Assembly (NCBI GenBank): GCA_030141605.1
Contig: JAQGDQ010000244.1
Location: forward strand, 1-64,000
Reading direction: 5' to 3'
Origin: Tubiluchus corallicola
Taxonomy: Eukaryota; Animalia; Priapulida
Length of the DNA: 64,000 nucleotides
A program made the position numbers and the translations under genes. The notes under the pieces are model-generated. The model saw only the letters and a program-made list of their open reading frames with translations, was not told the DNA's origin and searched no databases. Positions 13,801 through 26,543 of the stretch are shown piece by piece; the stretch's first letter is position 1, and every line of letters starts with the position of its first letter.

Positions 13801-16800
13801 AACAAACTGCGTGAGTGACAAAACTTTCTCTACCTAGCAGCAGACGCTAGCAGTACAACATACAGCATGTAATCTCAGACATGCGCATGGCCGCATGCGC
13901 ACAAACAGCCAAACACACCACTGTGCTGGGCTGTGAAGCAAACAGTACTACCCTCATATGCTATGGTTCCGTACACGTATAAAGAAAGAATTAAAGAAAA
14001 AAGACTTATTATATTGATAATATTGAGTGGAAATAGAGGGTGTTGCAGTCTCAAGTACTTATAGACGAGCCGCCACTGCAAACTGGGCAGCATTACATCG
14101 AGTACTTTATTTCACCAGCTAATAGCCTGTAAACATAGGCATAATAAAAGATCTATCATTGTCATCATCATCATCACCAAAAAACTATATTCCACAATCT
14201 ACTGTTGTTAACTTTGCTTTATTATGTACATTGGAATAAATCCCTCTTCACTGTGACTTTTTAAATTTCCATTTAATACACAATATTTCATACAAGACAA
14301 TTAAAAAACTTCAATCTAAGGAAAACAACGAAAGTACCTTGTTAAATTAGTAATACGAAACTAACTTTTGAATGTACATGTAACTTGTGTTTAGAAAATT
14401 TTTACTGAACGAGTTCGCTTTTTAATTTGTCAAAATCTGCTTCGAGAGTATCACGAATAAATGAATTTTCAGTATATTAAAGGCTGTGGGGTACCAAACT
14501 TCGGTTCCGTATGTGATAACGGATGTAACAAGGGAATTATATATTTTGATTGTGTGACTTACCGAACATCCTGTCCCAAATAATCAAGGTTCCTGCATAG
14601 TTTCGATCAACGCAATACCTATTGACACCTAAACAGAAAACTGCGATTTTATCAGTTCACATAACAAAACAGCAAAAGCTAAATGTTTGAGGTTACTAGT
14701 GATGGTGTGTATGTAACCGCCATATGTAATTACAGAATTTTAACCCTTTCACTACATAGTTGCTTTTTAACTGGGCCACATTGACTTTGCATATTTGACA
14801 ATAACTCCTTGTGGTGTGTTACTAAAACTGAATCTTGTAAATAAACAAATATTTGTTTGTTATTGAGTACTAATATTAAATATTAGTTTTATTTCTACAC
14901 ATGCTCACACAAACGAGCACACATATATGCATTCATGCACACATACATGCACTCACACATGCATGCATGCAGCACGCATGCACGCACACACACACACACA
15001 CACACACACCGTCATAAATAAGCATGTAATTATTTTTAGAAACCAGTTTTCACAATTGACAGAAAACTAATCCATAATATGCAATCATTTTATAAGAATG
15101 CAAAACAAACAACTAAACATACATTTCATCAATGATCTACAAGTGATTCTGCATGGGAACATACCTTACAGTACAGTATTAAGGAATACATCTGGCTTCA
15201 GACGGTAATTGGCTGGTTAGCATTACTTGTTGCAAAGCAATCCCAATCCCACGCTGTTAAACTTTTCTAGAATGTTTTGCATGGCCATAGCAGTGAAATA
15301 AACAGACCTGGGTGACTGCGCTTAGTGCCGAGCTTGGACGGCAGTCTACCGCCTTCCGCCCTTCACGAAAAACATAGGCGGCAGTGTGCCGCCTTCCGTA
15401 GTGAAAGGGTTAATCCTATCTTAGTTTTTGAGATTACTGTAGAAGCAAAGCAGATAGCAAAGTTATTGAGCTTTGACTATAAAACAGCATGAACAACAAC
15501 AGCTTGACATGTGTTCAAGTATATCAAACGCATAGTTTCATTAAAGCAGCGTAAAGTCACAATATTAATCACATGACGACAACTGACCGTGATGCACTCT
15601 GTGTGAACTAGGTGTGTTGATGATGTATTCCAGTGGTCCTAGTGTTCCAATAACCTCCGTGTGAATCCAAAATTGATAAAGCAGGTTAAATGCAGTGTGT
15701 ACAAGGTAAATTGGTGGAGGAATTGCCAAGGCCAAAGGTAAGTAGAAAATCTGAAAAACATAAATGGAGCAAATAAAATCTGTCAAGTGAGGGAAATTTG
15801 CCAATTCTTAGGATGTTAAGAAAAGTCAACTACAGCAAGTCCTCGCTTAGTGATGTGTATTCTTAGCTGGTAAGTTGAGCAATGCTCGGCCAGGTTAGTA
15901 AATGGATTGGTGATTGGCATGAAAACCAGTCGTTGGTAATTATATGTGGCAGGTGTACTGTCTTCGGCTATTTCTTTCACTGCGGGAGGACATACACACG
16001 ATTGCTGCCTAAATCTGCGTGTTACATTGTCATTGCAAAAATTGTTTCAACTTAGTTACTGAAATGACTGCCTAAATCTGCGTGTTACATTGTCAATGCA
16101 AACATTGTTGCAACTTAGTTACTGAAATGACTGCCCAAATCTGCATGTTACATTGTCAATGCAAACATTGTTGCAACTTAGTTACTGAAATGACTGCCTA
16201 AATCTGCGTGTTACATTGTCAATGCAAACATTGTTTCAACTTAGTTACTGAAATGACTGCCTAAATCTGCGTATTACATTGTCAATGCAAAATTTGTTGC
16301 AACTTAGTTACTGAAATGACTGCCTAAATCTGCGTGTTACATTGTCAATGCAATCATTGTTGCAACTTAGTTACTGAAATGACTGCCTAAATCTGCGTGT
16401 TACATTGTCAATGCAAACATTGTTGCAACTTAGTTACTGAAATGACTGCCTAAATCTGCATGTTACATTGTCAATGCAAACATTGTTGCAACTTAGTTAC
16501 TGAAATGACTGCCTGAATCTGTGTGTTACATTTCTGCGCATGTTACATTGTCAACGCAAACATTGTTGCAACTTAGTTACTGAAATGACTGCCTAAATCT
16601 GCGTGTCACATTGTCAATGCAATCATTGTTGCAACTTAGTTACTGAAATGACTGCCTAAATCTGCGTGTTACATTGTCAATGCAAACATTGTTTCAACTT
16701 AGTTACTGAAATGATTGCCTAAATCTGCATGTTACATTGTCAATGCAATCATTGTTGCAACTTAGTTACTGAAATGACTGCCTAAATCTGCGTGTTACAT

Positions 16801-19800
16801 TGTCAATGCAAACATTGTTTCAACTTAGTTACTGAAATGACTGCCTAAATCTGCGTGTTACATTGTCAATGCAAACATTGTTGCAACTTAGTTACTGAAA
16901 TGACTGCCTAAATCTGCGTGTTACATCGTCAATGCAATCATTGTTGCAACTTAGTTACTGAAATGACTGCCTAAATCTGCGTGTTACATTGTCAATGCAA
17001 ACATTGTTTCAACTTAGATACTGAAATGACTGCCTGAATCTGTGTGTTACATTTCTGCAAGCAGGTCTTCCAGAGAAAAGAACTTACTTTTTAGTTTCCT
17101 CACAATTAATTTGATTTAACTTGTTGTAGTAATTATATATTTCAGTAGATGTTTTTGAAAGGCAAAGTAGTAATAAAAACATTGTAAAACTAGGACTGTT
17201 TAGAAGAGTTTAATAATGCGATAGAAAGAGTATTATACAAGTAGCATTAAAGGAAAAGACAGTAACATGAAGCTTCCAAGTTTGGGAATGGAGACCGAGT
17301 TAGGAATGTCAAATTTTAAGTTTAATTTACAAGATTTCTAGGTATTATAATTTATGTTTTCAGGTGTTTAATATCTTCATTAAATAAATTTTAATCGAAT
17401 GTACGGAGTTTTAAATTAAAATTGTAAAATGAAGGAAATAGCTGAGTGTATATGTGTGCATGCTTAGCGACCAAAGTTAAACAATACTGAGCCGGGTGAG
17501 TGAATTGTTGAGTCACCACCTCACTGAATCTGCTAGTTCAGTGCCTTATTTGGCTGATCACTTGATGATGAAAACCGTAAAGCACAATGTAAATAATTAC
17601 GATAGACTTACAAAGCTGGTGTACTGATGAGGGGCTGACTGTCGCAAGGCAGTACTCAAATTGTAGTCTTCTGAGCTATGATGAACTTGGTGGCCTGCCC
17701 ACCAGAAGTTCACTTCTGCAAAATAAACAGACAAATACTACACACGTACCACAATTCTGCAAGCATGTATTTGAACTCTGCTAAAAATACTTGTCATCAA
17801 TAGTTGAAATCATGAAATTCTTAGTGCATAAGTGCTGTTAAAATAAAGTTAATTTTGTTTTGGAAAATGTAATCGTTAGAATTTATCTATTGTTTGTTTT
17901 CATTATTTGTTTCTACTTGATTGTTACTGATAAACAGTGAATCTTCAATCTTCACAAGTTCTAGCTGCATTATATTATATTTACTGTTATATGCAATGGT
18001 TACACCTGTGGTCAATGTTACTGTCATATGCAATGCTTACACCTGTGGTCAATGTTACTGTCATATGCAATGCTTACACCTGTGTTCAATGTTACTGTCA
18101 TATGCAATGCTTACACCTGTGTTCAATGTTACTGTCATATGCAATGCTTACACCTGTGTTCAAGGTTACTGTCATATGCAATGCTTGCACCTGTGGTCAA
18201 TGTTACTATCATATGCAATGCTTACACCTGTGGTCAATGTTACTGTCATATGCAATGCTTACACCTGTGGTCAATGTTACTGTCATATGCAATGCTTACA
18301 CCTGTGGTCAATGTTACTGTTATATGCAATGGTTACACCTGTGGTCAATGTTACTGTCATATGCAATGCTTACACCTGTGGTCAATGTTACTGTCATATG
18401 CAATGCTTGCACCTGTGGTCAATGTTATTGTCATATGCAATGCTTACACCTGTGGTCAATGTTTTACAATCTTTGCTAGAAAAATGTAAAATGGTTTTGA
18501 CAAATTTTGCCGTACTGCTTCTCTGACACAGCTTTGCTATACCGCTAGGAAATGTTTAATTGGAAATGTTTAATAAGCTTTTTCACAGTTCCAGCGATTG
18601 ACGATGATCGTTAAAAAGTCAAAGGTAAACTGTACCACACAACGCATTTGTGTACACTTGACGACGCCTCGCAGCCCAAGCTATTGTAATAGCAACAGTT
18701 TTAACAGCTAGCTAGAACTTTACCTAGTTCATTTTTCTTGTTTCCAAACAAGATCCTGCTGGTAAATCACTCTACGTACTGACTAATGCATAATTAAGTA
18801 AAGCCCAATCAAAAGAACTGAAGTTACTGAAGTGATGCTGCAGAAGGCTTTGTTTTACACACATCTCACGTGATGGTTGTAGTTAAGACGCACTGCTGTG
18901 GTACACTGAACCTTTTACCTACAGCAACTGCGCGTGCACACAAGGAAACTGTGAGAAGGCTTATTAACAGGCCTTGGTATTTAGGGATCAGGGTTTTTCA
19001 TGATGTATTGCTGACTAAGACAGTTGCTATTGCTGGATTAAGTATTACAAAAATGAGTGATTTGAACAAGCTCTCACACATCTCTTTTTTTATTTTTCTG
19101 CAAGCTTCCTGTACATAAATAGAAATTCAATCCTGCACTCGTATCTGGATTTGCCGGACCTCGCCTTTACGGATATCGGAAAATTCTCACAAAATCTGGT
19201 CCTTTAAAAGTCCGCATAATATGGACACTATACGTTATTTTGCGAGCTGACCGCTAGCTGGCAGGCTGGTCACTTTGTTTACATCATTACATCAGTGTAA
19301 CCACGTGTATATCTCTATATATAAAAATATAGAATCAATTCTGCGGAGTTATTTGAGTCAATTGCCGACAGTTTTTATACACTTTTGCATAGGAGCGGCT
19401 CATACTAGATGTTTCTGAGACAATTAGGCGATTGATTTTACATTACCATGAGTCTAATACGCGGCACCTACTGTATTAGCTTAATATTTGTAAATACGGA
19501 CAATCGGCAAATTCAGACGGACGTTTCCCCACTTTCGGCTGGCAAACCGAGATATGAATGTAATTTATTTTACACAGGACAGCAATAAGCACCGCAGCTT
19601 ATACGATAACAAAATTGCTAGAATAACAATGATACGATAACGATAAAAATACAGTTTTCATAGGGGTTGATAATTGATAATTATCATTATCATTGTTTTT
19701 TATTGATATAAATATTATTAACATTAACAAGCCTATTTCAAGAGACTCACATCCATCGTGGCCAACTCAAATTTTCACCTGCCTTACAAATCTGAAGTAC

Positions 19801-22800
19801 AGACGCAAAAGACAAGATTCAATCCAAACATTTCATATCCTTAAAGGTATAGAAACCATCAACAGGGAAATATTTTTCTATTGACAGACATATCATGGTA
19901 CCAGAGGTCACTCATACAAAAGCAAGAAGAAAAGGTGGAGTAGAAGGAGATTCACATTTGCAAGGCGAGTAATGAGTGGAACACGCTGCCTGACACTGTA
20001 GTTCAAGCCTCCAATCCTGCCCAGTTTAAGTCTCGTCTCGATAGACACTGGAAATGCGATGCTGAAAAATATATAGACCAATATAGACCCCAGGTTGCCA
20101 CAATGGCAACAAGAAACCCTGTGTTACGCTTCATGATCGCAGTGTGGCCACCTATTTTGTTCACTTTTTTATTTTAATAAAGTTAACAAGGAAGAGTGGA
20201 GAGGTCCACAAGCTATTTATGCTTAACCTCTATCCTTCTACGGTAACGGTAACGGTAACCTGCAACAATTGAAAAACAAAATAATTTAATCTAAAAGCTA
20301 AAGTTACTAATGTTCTCTAACCGTGTCCGAAACGATGAAGCCAGTAGTAGCCAAAGTCGATTCCGAGGAAACAAGCCAACCACGTCCATGGTGAATTCCA
20401 CGGCAATTCGACAAGGCGGTAATTTTCGTAAATGAATAGATAGATAACTAATTCGACTCCAGTAATAAGAAATCTGGAATGCGTATTGTGCAACTGAATG
20501 AAATAAGAAACAACAGAATCGTAATGACACTGCAATCCAATAAGCCTTATCACACTTTCAGTGATTGACGATGATCGTGAAACGGTCAAAGGGTAAGTGT
20601 ACCAGACAACGCATTTGTGTACACTTGGCAACGCCTCGCAGCCTATCCGATTGCAATAGTAATTAAGAAAAGGAATGAATGCAAGCTATAGGACCTCATC
20701 TAGTTCATTTTTTCTTGTTCCCAAACAAGATCCCGCACAGACTGCAGGTACAATTGAGTAATGTACACGAAAACAACTAACATTACCGAACGGCTTTGCT
20801 TTACCCACAAGTCACGGTTGTAACTAGTTAAGCTGTAGTACACTTAACTTTAACCTACAGCAACTGCACGCGTGCACAACGAAACTGTGAAAAGGCTTAA
20901 TGAAAACACCACAAATCACGATGCCTATAATAGGTTCTTCTTCACTGCACAATAGTGCTAAAACTATGTACATGTAGGATTTTGGAAGATAGCCTTATTA
21001 AAAAACCACAAAAAGTTGAAAGGTAAACTGCTCAATGGTAAGTGTAGTTTGGATTTTTGCAGGCGCATCGTCTAGCCTTTAAAAAATATAACAGAAGCAA
21101 GTATTTATAAAGTGAAATTTTATACTTATGAAAAAGCAACAGAATATCACAATATTAATTATGCAGTAGTCTGTGTGTAGAGTGATTTACTAGCAGGTTC
21201 TTGCTTGTGAACAAGAAAAAATGAACAGGTAAGATTCTAGATAGCTGTTAAAACTGTTACTATTACAATAGCATGGGCTGTTGTCAAATGTGTTGTTTGG
21301 TGCACTTAACCTTTGAGCTTTTCACTATCATCATCAATTGCTGGAACTGTTAGTGTTACCAGTGAAACATTATAATATCCAATAGTTACGTGAAATTAGT
21401 ATTACACCTTACCACCTCAGTATTTTAATTTTAGCCACCCAAATTGCGCGAAGAGAGAAAACTTGATGATACGTATACGTTAGCAAGATAAAGTAACACA
21501 TGCATAACTGTTACCACAAGTAACACCCGACTAATTCACAGAAATACTTTATTAATACTTGGCAGTAACGAAGTACAGTCCAGCTGACATGGAGGAGATG
21601 GCATCATTAACTCTCAACGTCCTTTTCCCTCTTAGCCATTGTACAAGTGCTTCCAGAATGATTAGGGAAAAGAAAAAAGGCAATGCCTAAAATAAAAAAA
21701 ATTGTGTACGAGCAATCGGGCATTTCACTGCCAGGGGCGAATTAACTAATAGGTTAACTAGGATATAGCCTAGGACACCAAAGTTTGAGGGTCACCACGT
21801 TTTAGAAAAAAATTCTGATTCTCCTTTAAAGATGTGTATACTTTCATATACATGAAAAGGAGGCATTTTATAACACACCACAGGCAGTTATTGCCTGCTG
21901 CACTTATATAAGACCCACATAACAAACAGGTGCAAAGTATTACATAACAAGCAGACGAGCAGCTTGCTTGAATATAAGCGCTATGCAAATACATGCAATT
22001 AATAATGACTATGTAGAAACTAGGTAAATAGTGTCTCTGATACACCACAAGTAATTGTTTAATCTGCCCATTACATAAACAACTATAAATTCACAATAGA
22101 GATGGGCGGGACAGAACTATCAGCTTAGGGAGTCGTAAAGACTTGATATGCTTCTGTTCACTGCTGAACCATTGACAATGATTACATGCCAATAGTTACT
22201 AACTGTAGGGAACAATTTGTCAAGAAGTTTAAAACTGGAAAATGATACAGACAGCTTATCAAAAATCTGCCAGGTAGAATGCATTATCCACGCAAGTAAA
22301 TCAGCAACATTTTTTTTAAATAAAATACAGTAAGCTCCGCATGACTCAAGTCCAACCAGACCAAAAAAAATTAGCCGATGTTTACCATCTTCCAGCATAG
22401 AAACTCTAAACACCTCCTCCAGATGGCGAGCTAAATAGAAGGCAGAAAGTCAAACCTTCTATACATAAACGACGAGTTTTGATGACATTTACATAAAGAA
22501 TAACAAAATATGTAGTGAAACACGATTTGTTTATGTTACAAAAAACACGTACACAACACGGAAAAACCAATCCCGGAGAAAATAATCAGCTGGTGCGACT
22601 TGTGAGGCATCAGAATTTTCTCGGAAGACGATACTGTTTTTGAGTTGTATGAAACATTTATTTTTCTAGACTCTAAAGTATCAATTGCATTTTTGAGTTA
22701 GGCAAGGTACATGTATTTTAATTAAACGGACCATAATTTTTTATTTGAATTAGGCGGAATTCTGAGTTAAGCGATGTTTTTTGTGCAAAAAATGAAGAAT

Positions 22801-23133
22801 TTCGCACGTTCCACTGAATTTTTTTGAAATAGGTGAAAGTTTGGGTTATGTGATTTTGAGTTATGCAGTGTTTACTGTAGTTGTATGGAACAATCTGCCA
22901 ACAAGTTTAGAACAGAATAATGACACAGATAGCTTATTAAACACACGTCATGTAGAACACATTATCCACTCAAGTAACATCCACTTTTTTTACATAAAGT
23001 ACACTATAAAACCACTTACATCATTCACATATTGTGGAACTTCTTCCTTTGTTTCGAAGGAACTTTCATTGGGGGTGATTAGATAAAAAAGCCTCCTGAC
23101 GCCTTCTACCGGTGAGACCCTGAACAGAGTCAT
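10191..23133 (-). CDS. AGMO: Alkylglycerol monooxygenase (fatty-acid hydroxylase family di-iron enzyme), spliced gene; 9 coding exons found, C-terminus not located
   Basis: Exons 23133-23020, 21686-21559, 20473-20322, 17715-17612, 15750-15588, 14628-14563, 12876-12797, 11515-11381, 10307-10191 all have GT-AG borders and compatible phases. The joined protein carries the His motifs [49 protein letters not shown] and [12 protein letters not shown], as remembered from vertebrate AGMO. Confidence 0.95.
10881..11297. mobile_element. Tigger/pogo-like MITE family A
   Basis: TIR cagtgttccctc, TA TSD; a longer inverted copy at 51632-52284. Confidence 0.85.
11381..11515 (-). CDS. AGMO: AGMO coding exon 8 ([45 protein letters not shown])
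   Basis: Within ORF 11348..11533; tttcAG/GTaagc borders. Confidence 0.93.
12797..12876 (-). CDS. AGMO: AGMO coding exon 7 ([27 protein letters not shown])
   Basis: VYG.THPIN.F.P motif; caatAG/GTtagc borders. Confidence 0.92.
12995..13512 (+). mobile_element. RTE-clade LINE 3' fragment in an AGMO intron
   Basis: [51 protein letters not shown] is typical of the RTE C-terminus. Confidence 0.85.
13638..14078. mobile_element. hAT-type MITE family D
   Basis: TIR cagtggcggctcgt; 8-bp TSD caaactag/caaactgg. Confidence 0.85.
14563..14628 (-). CDS. AGMO: AGMO coding exon 6 ([23 protein letters not shown])
   Basis: NYAG..IIWD.FG motif; tttAG/GTaagt borders. Confidence 0.93.
14744..15409. mobile_element. 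piggyBac-like MITE
   Basis: TIR ccctttcactac, TTAA TSD. Confidence 0.8.
15588..15750 (-). CDS. AGMO: AGMO coding exon 5 ([54 protein letters not shown])
   Basis: Within ORF 15565..15804; ttttcAG/GTcagt borders. Confidence 0.95.
16004..17058. repeat. 63-bp minisatellite, about 16 copies
   Basis: Unit ctgcctaaatctgcgtgttacattgtcaatgcaaacattgttgcaacttagttactgaaatga. Confidence 0.95.
17612..17715 (-). CDS. AGMO: AGMO coding exon 4 ([35 protein letters not shown])
   Basis: HxxHH box; ttttgcAG/GTaagt borders. Confidence 0.95.
17981..18462. repeat. 37-bp minisatellite, about 13 copies
   Basis: Unit ttactgtcatatgcaatgcttacacctgtggtcaatg. Confidence 0.95.
18573..18963. mobile_element. PIF/Harbinger-like MITE family E (other copies about 20541-20899, 21170-21350, 56158-56535, 56745-57109)
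   Basis: Termini taagc.ttttcacagtt / aactgtga.aaggctta with TAA/TTA flanks; shared internal sequence in five places. Confidence 0.75.
19135..19555. repeat. Dispersed repeat; inverted relative at about 52555-52950
   Basis: Blocks such as tttacggatatcggaaa and ggacaatcggcaaattcagac occur reverse-complemented at the second locus. Confidence 0.65.
19740..20259 (+). mobile_element. CR1-like LINE 3' fragment
   Basis: [54 protein letters not shown]; tail (ACGGTA)3. Confidence 0.8.
20322..20473 (-). CDS. AGMO: AGMO coding exon 3 (...[36 protein letters not shown])
   Basis: Part of ORF 20317..20631; ttccAG/GTtag borders, phase 2/1. Confidence 0.93.
21559..21686 (-). CDS. AGMO: AGMO coding exon 2 ([36 protein letters not shown]...)
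   Basis: tttattttAG acceptor, GT donor, phase 0/2. Confidence 0.9.
22328..22877. mobile_element. Tigger/pogo-like MITE family B
   Basis: TIR cagtaa.ctccgcat.actcaa, TA TSD; inverted copy at 25722-26299. Confidence 0.8.
23020..23133 (-). CDS. AGMO: AGMO coding exon 1 ([38 protein letters not shown])
   Basis: ATG at 23133, donor GTAAGT after 23020; resembles the AGMO N-terminus. A polypyrimidine-CAG acceptor lies just upstream at about 23169. Confidence 0.88.
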
Positions 23134-24616
23134 TGACGCTCTTTTAATGGTTCAAATTCCATCCAAACCTGGTGAAGTCAAGAAAACAGCACTTCACAAG
23201 ATAATAATTGGATACATAAATATGGAAACTATTAAAGCCAGTGTGAACCTGGCTTAATGAATTTTAATTTTGTAACCTAGGTGGTTCCATCTTGGTGGAA
23301 ACTTCAAAGTGTGGGCAACTGACCCAATTACGTTGTCATTATGCTATTCTGTAGTGTTTGTAAACAATGTGCCTTGAGAATTTTATGATTAGATATATGT
23401 GGAAACAATGTAAGTTTATTCTATTTAATATTTATTTTGATTTATTCACTGATATTTTTGATTGATTTATTTAACTGTGAATCTCACAAAACTATTTAAT
23501 TTTTCATGAAATTGGCAAAATGTTAGTCGATTTTACTTTTCTATTTTAATTTCAAATATTGCAGAAATAAAGATCAGTGGTTTACATGAAACTCAACTCA
23601 TAGTTTGATGATTTGTCACAAATGCCTGTCAGAGACACTGACAGAAACTATGCCATTTTTTCATGCCACATCGTTTACCAGTAACATTTATTAATACAAT
23701 TAGTGTTATTAATTCATGGAACAAAGTTTTCAGAACATATCTCGTTAATATATGACATATATTACTAGGATTTACCAGCACTCAAGTAATGTGGTTCACA
23801 CGTACAATATGCAATGGCGGATTTAGGGGGTGTGCACAAAGGGCCCGGGCCCTGCCTTTCACAGTAACTGTTACTAACACACCAAATTAATATTTTCTCT
23901 GAATTATAAGCATTAGAACGATTTGTTAAATCCTAAAGGTGCCTTGGATATGTAAAAATCATACGTCACAACAGATGAAGGTTATGTACATCATGTATGC
24001 TGTATAGTGTATATCAATATATTCGTATGTAATTTTGAGTTAAAGGTGAGATGACACTTGTTCTAAACTAGTAAGCTTCCTAGAGGAAATGGTCCAAATT
24101 GCAGTAAAATGTATTGATGTCCGGGTGGACCTCGCTGAGGATCTTACACCGCTTCCTCAGACCCCCTAACTGCTTTTCTGTTGGGCCCACCGTTGTTCTA
24201 AAGCCTGTATACGCCCTTGAATATGATCAAAATAATCCTTAAAATGTTAACTTTTCAAACATGCCCATTACAATATCATGTCCAAATCATAGCATAAATA
24301 AAATAATGACTACTTTTACTTGCCTAAATATTTCTTCCAAAGACTTTATAGTACACACAATTTAATAAAAACTGACACTGCTAGCTTTAACAATATAAAT
24401 AGATATTCAAAAGTGCACAGTTTACACATTATTAGAATGAAGTCATTAACATTGTTAATTTATGTTATTTATAATTTTCTGCATAGAGAAAATTGAAGCA
24501 AATGCTGTTCGAAGACTTGCACGTGGGACAGACGCCATGTCAGAAATTTTTAATGTCTGGGTTAACTAAATTTACTGTTAAAAAATTTGTGCGTGTCATT
24601 ATATCAAAAAAGTACC

Positions 24617-25130
24617 CAGTAGGGGCTCGTAGCTGAAATTAGTGGGGGTACTGCTTCAGAAAATTTTCAGCCATTGTTTAATACTGTGTAAAATGAAACA
24701 AACGGGTGTAATTTTAATGTTGTAATTGTAATTTTAAACAAACAAACAATCGAAAGTTTATACATAAACTGGATATGATCCTAAAGAAAAAAATTATTTG
24801 CTTACTAATAACCTAAATTGTCACTGTTCAAGCTTGATTCATTTATGGTAAGTACGTGACAACTGACAACACAACTGTGTGAGCGACAGTACTTTCTCTA
24901 CCTGGGTTCAGACATGTGCGCATGGCTGCATGCGCACAACGGCCAAATACCGCGTTGCTGGAGCGCCCTGTGCTGGTCTGTGAAGCAGAGAGTACTACAC
25001 TCATGTGATCAGGTTAAGTACAAGTATAACAAACTAAAGAAAAGACTTATTATATTGAATATTATCAATAATATTGAGTGAAAATAGATGGTGCTACAGT
25101 TCCACAGTACCTATACAGAAGCCGCCATTG
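24617..25130. mobile_element. hAT-type MITE family D (second copy)
   Basis: Similar to 13638-14078; perfect 8-bp TSD aaagtacc. Confidence 0.85.
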
Positions 25131-25721
25131 AAAGTACCACTTAAAGATCAATTTGTTTCATTTTAAATTTATTGATGATATACAAAATGCATAAGATAAT
25201 ATCAGACTGATACTAATAATTATAGAGAAATAAGATAATTTTTATTTACTGTATCTACAATGACAGATCAGAAAATATTAGTTTTGCTTAAGTATAATAA
25301 AGGAGGCCAAGACGTTTGAAGTCAAAAAAATTAGTGAAAAACATCAGTAGAAACTCTCCCAGTTCCACAAACAACTTCAAAATAAAAAAATGCTTCTAGA
25401 AAAACATTAATTTATATTTTGTCTAAGAAAAATGCTCACTTTATTGTTGGTTTTTCACTATCACTACGACCAGATTTGTAAAAGGCAAGAATTATAATAC
25501 AGAGCACAAGAATTGACACATATGATTAGGCAGTTGTATAATTTAACACAACGAAGGTGGTAAAAATGAACAACATTCACATTTAGACCTGTTACCTGCA
25601 AGATACAAATTAACTGCTGAGCTGAACAACTTCTAAGCCTGTGAAATATTAGCGGTTTCTAATAAGTAAAAACTAAATTAATAAACTATAGAAAAAATGT
25701 TTTAAGTTATCATAAATACTA

Positions 25722-26299
25722 CACTAAACTCCGCGTAACTCAAAATTGCACAACTCGAAAAATTTCAGCAGAATGGATGAAATCCTTTGTTTCTCCCACA
25801 AAAAAACATCGCTTAACTCAAAATATATAACTCAAAATTTCGCCTAACTCCAAAAAATATTATGGTCCATTTAATTAAAATACATGTAATTTACTTCGGC
25901 TAACTAAAAAATGCAATTTATGCTCTAAAAAAATAAAAACTTTCGTACAACTCAAGAATAGTATTGTCTTCTGGGAAAATTCTAACGTCTTACAAGTCAT
26001 GTGCTACCCCCTGATTATTTTCTCATTGTCATATTGTTTAATAGTGTTGTGTATATGTCCATTTGCAACATAAAAAATAGTGTTTCTCTACATAATTTGC
26101 TATTCTTTACGTAATTGTCATCAAATCTCGTCGTTTACGTATAGAAAGGTTGAAGTTCTGCCTTCTATTTAGCAGAACCGTTCTCACCATCTGGAGGATA
26201 GGTTTAACTTTAGGCTTTCTATGCTGGAAAATGGTCAACATCGCCTAACTCAAAGTTTTTTCGGTCCCTGGTTGGACTTGAGTTATGCGGAGTTTACTG
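25722..26299. mobile_element. Tigger/pogo-like MITE family B (second copy)
   Basis: Reverse-complement similarity to 22328-22877; TA flanks. Confidence 0.8.
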
Positions 26300-26543
26300 T
26301 ATAAACAACAAAATTTAAACTGCCCACTTAAACTGAAAATAAGCTCAAAAAAGTAAAGAAAAAACGACAAGTGTGGCCCTTTACAGGTCAGTTATTGAAT
26401 GTTAATTATTAGGCATTTTAAATGGTTCGTATAAGACTGCATAAGCAAAGCAAGTCGTGTAATATCATCACCAAGCAGAAATATATTATATATCCCAAAC
26501 AAAATAGCACCCAAGGAAAATTCCTGTTACAACTGCAAGTTTT

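Noticed and set aside
17921-18526. Cys/His-rich ORFs in three frames (metallothionein- or zinc-finger-like)
   Set aside because: Artefact of a 37-bp tandem repeat cycling through frames.
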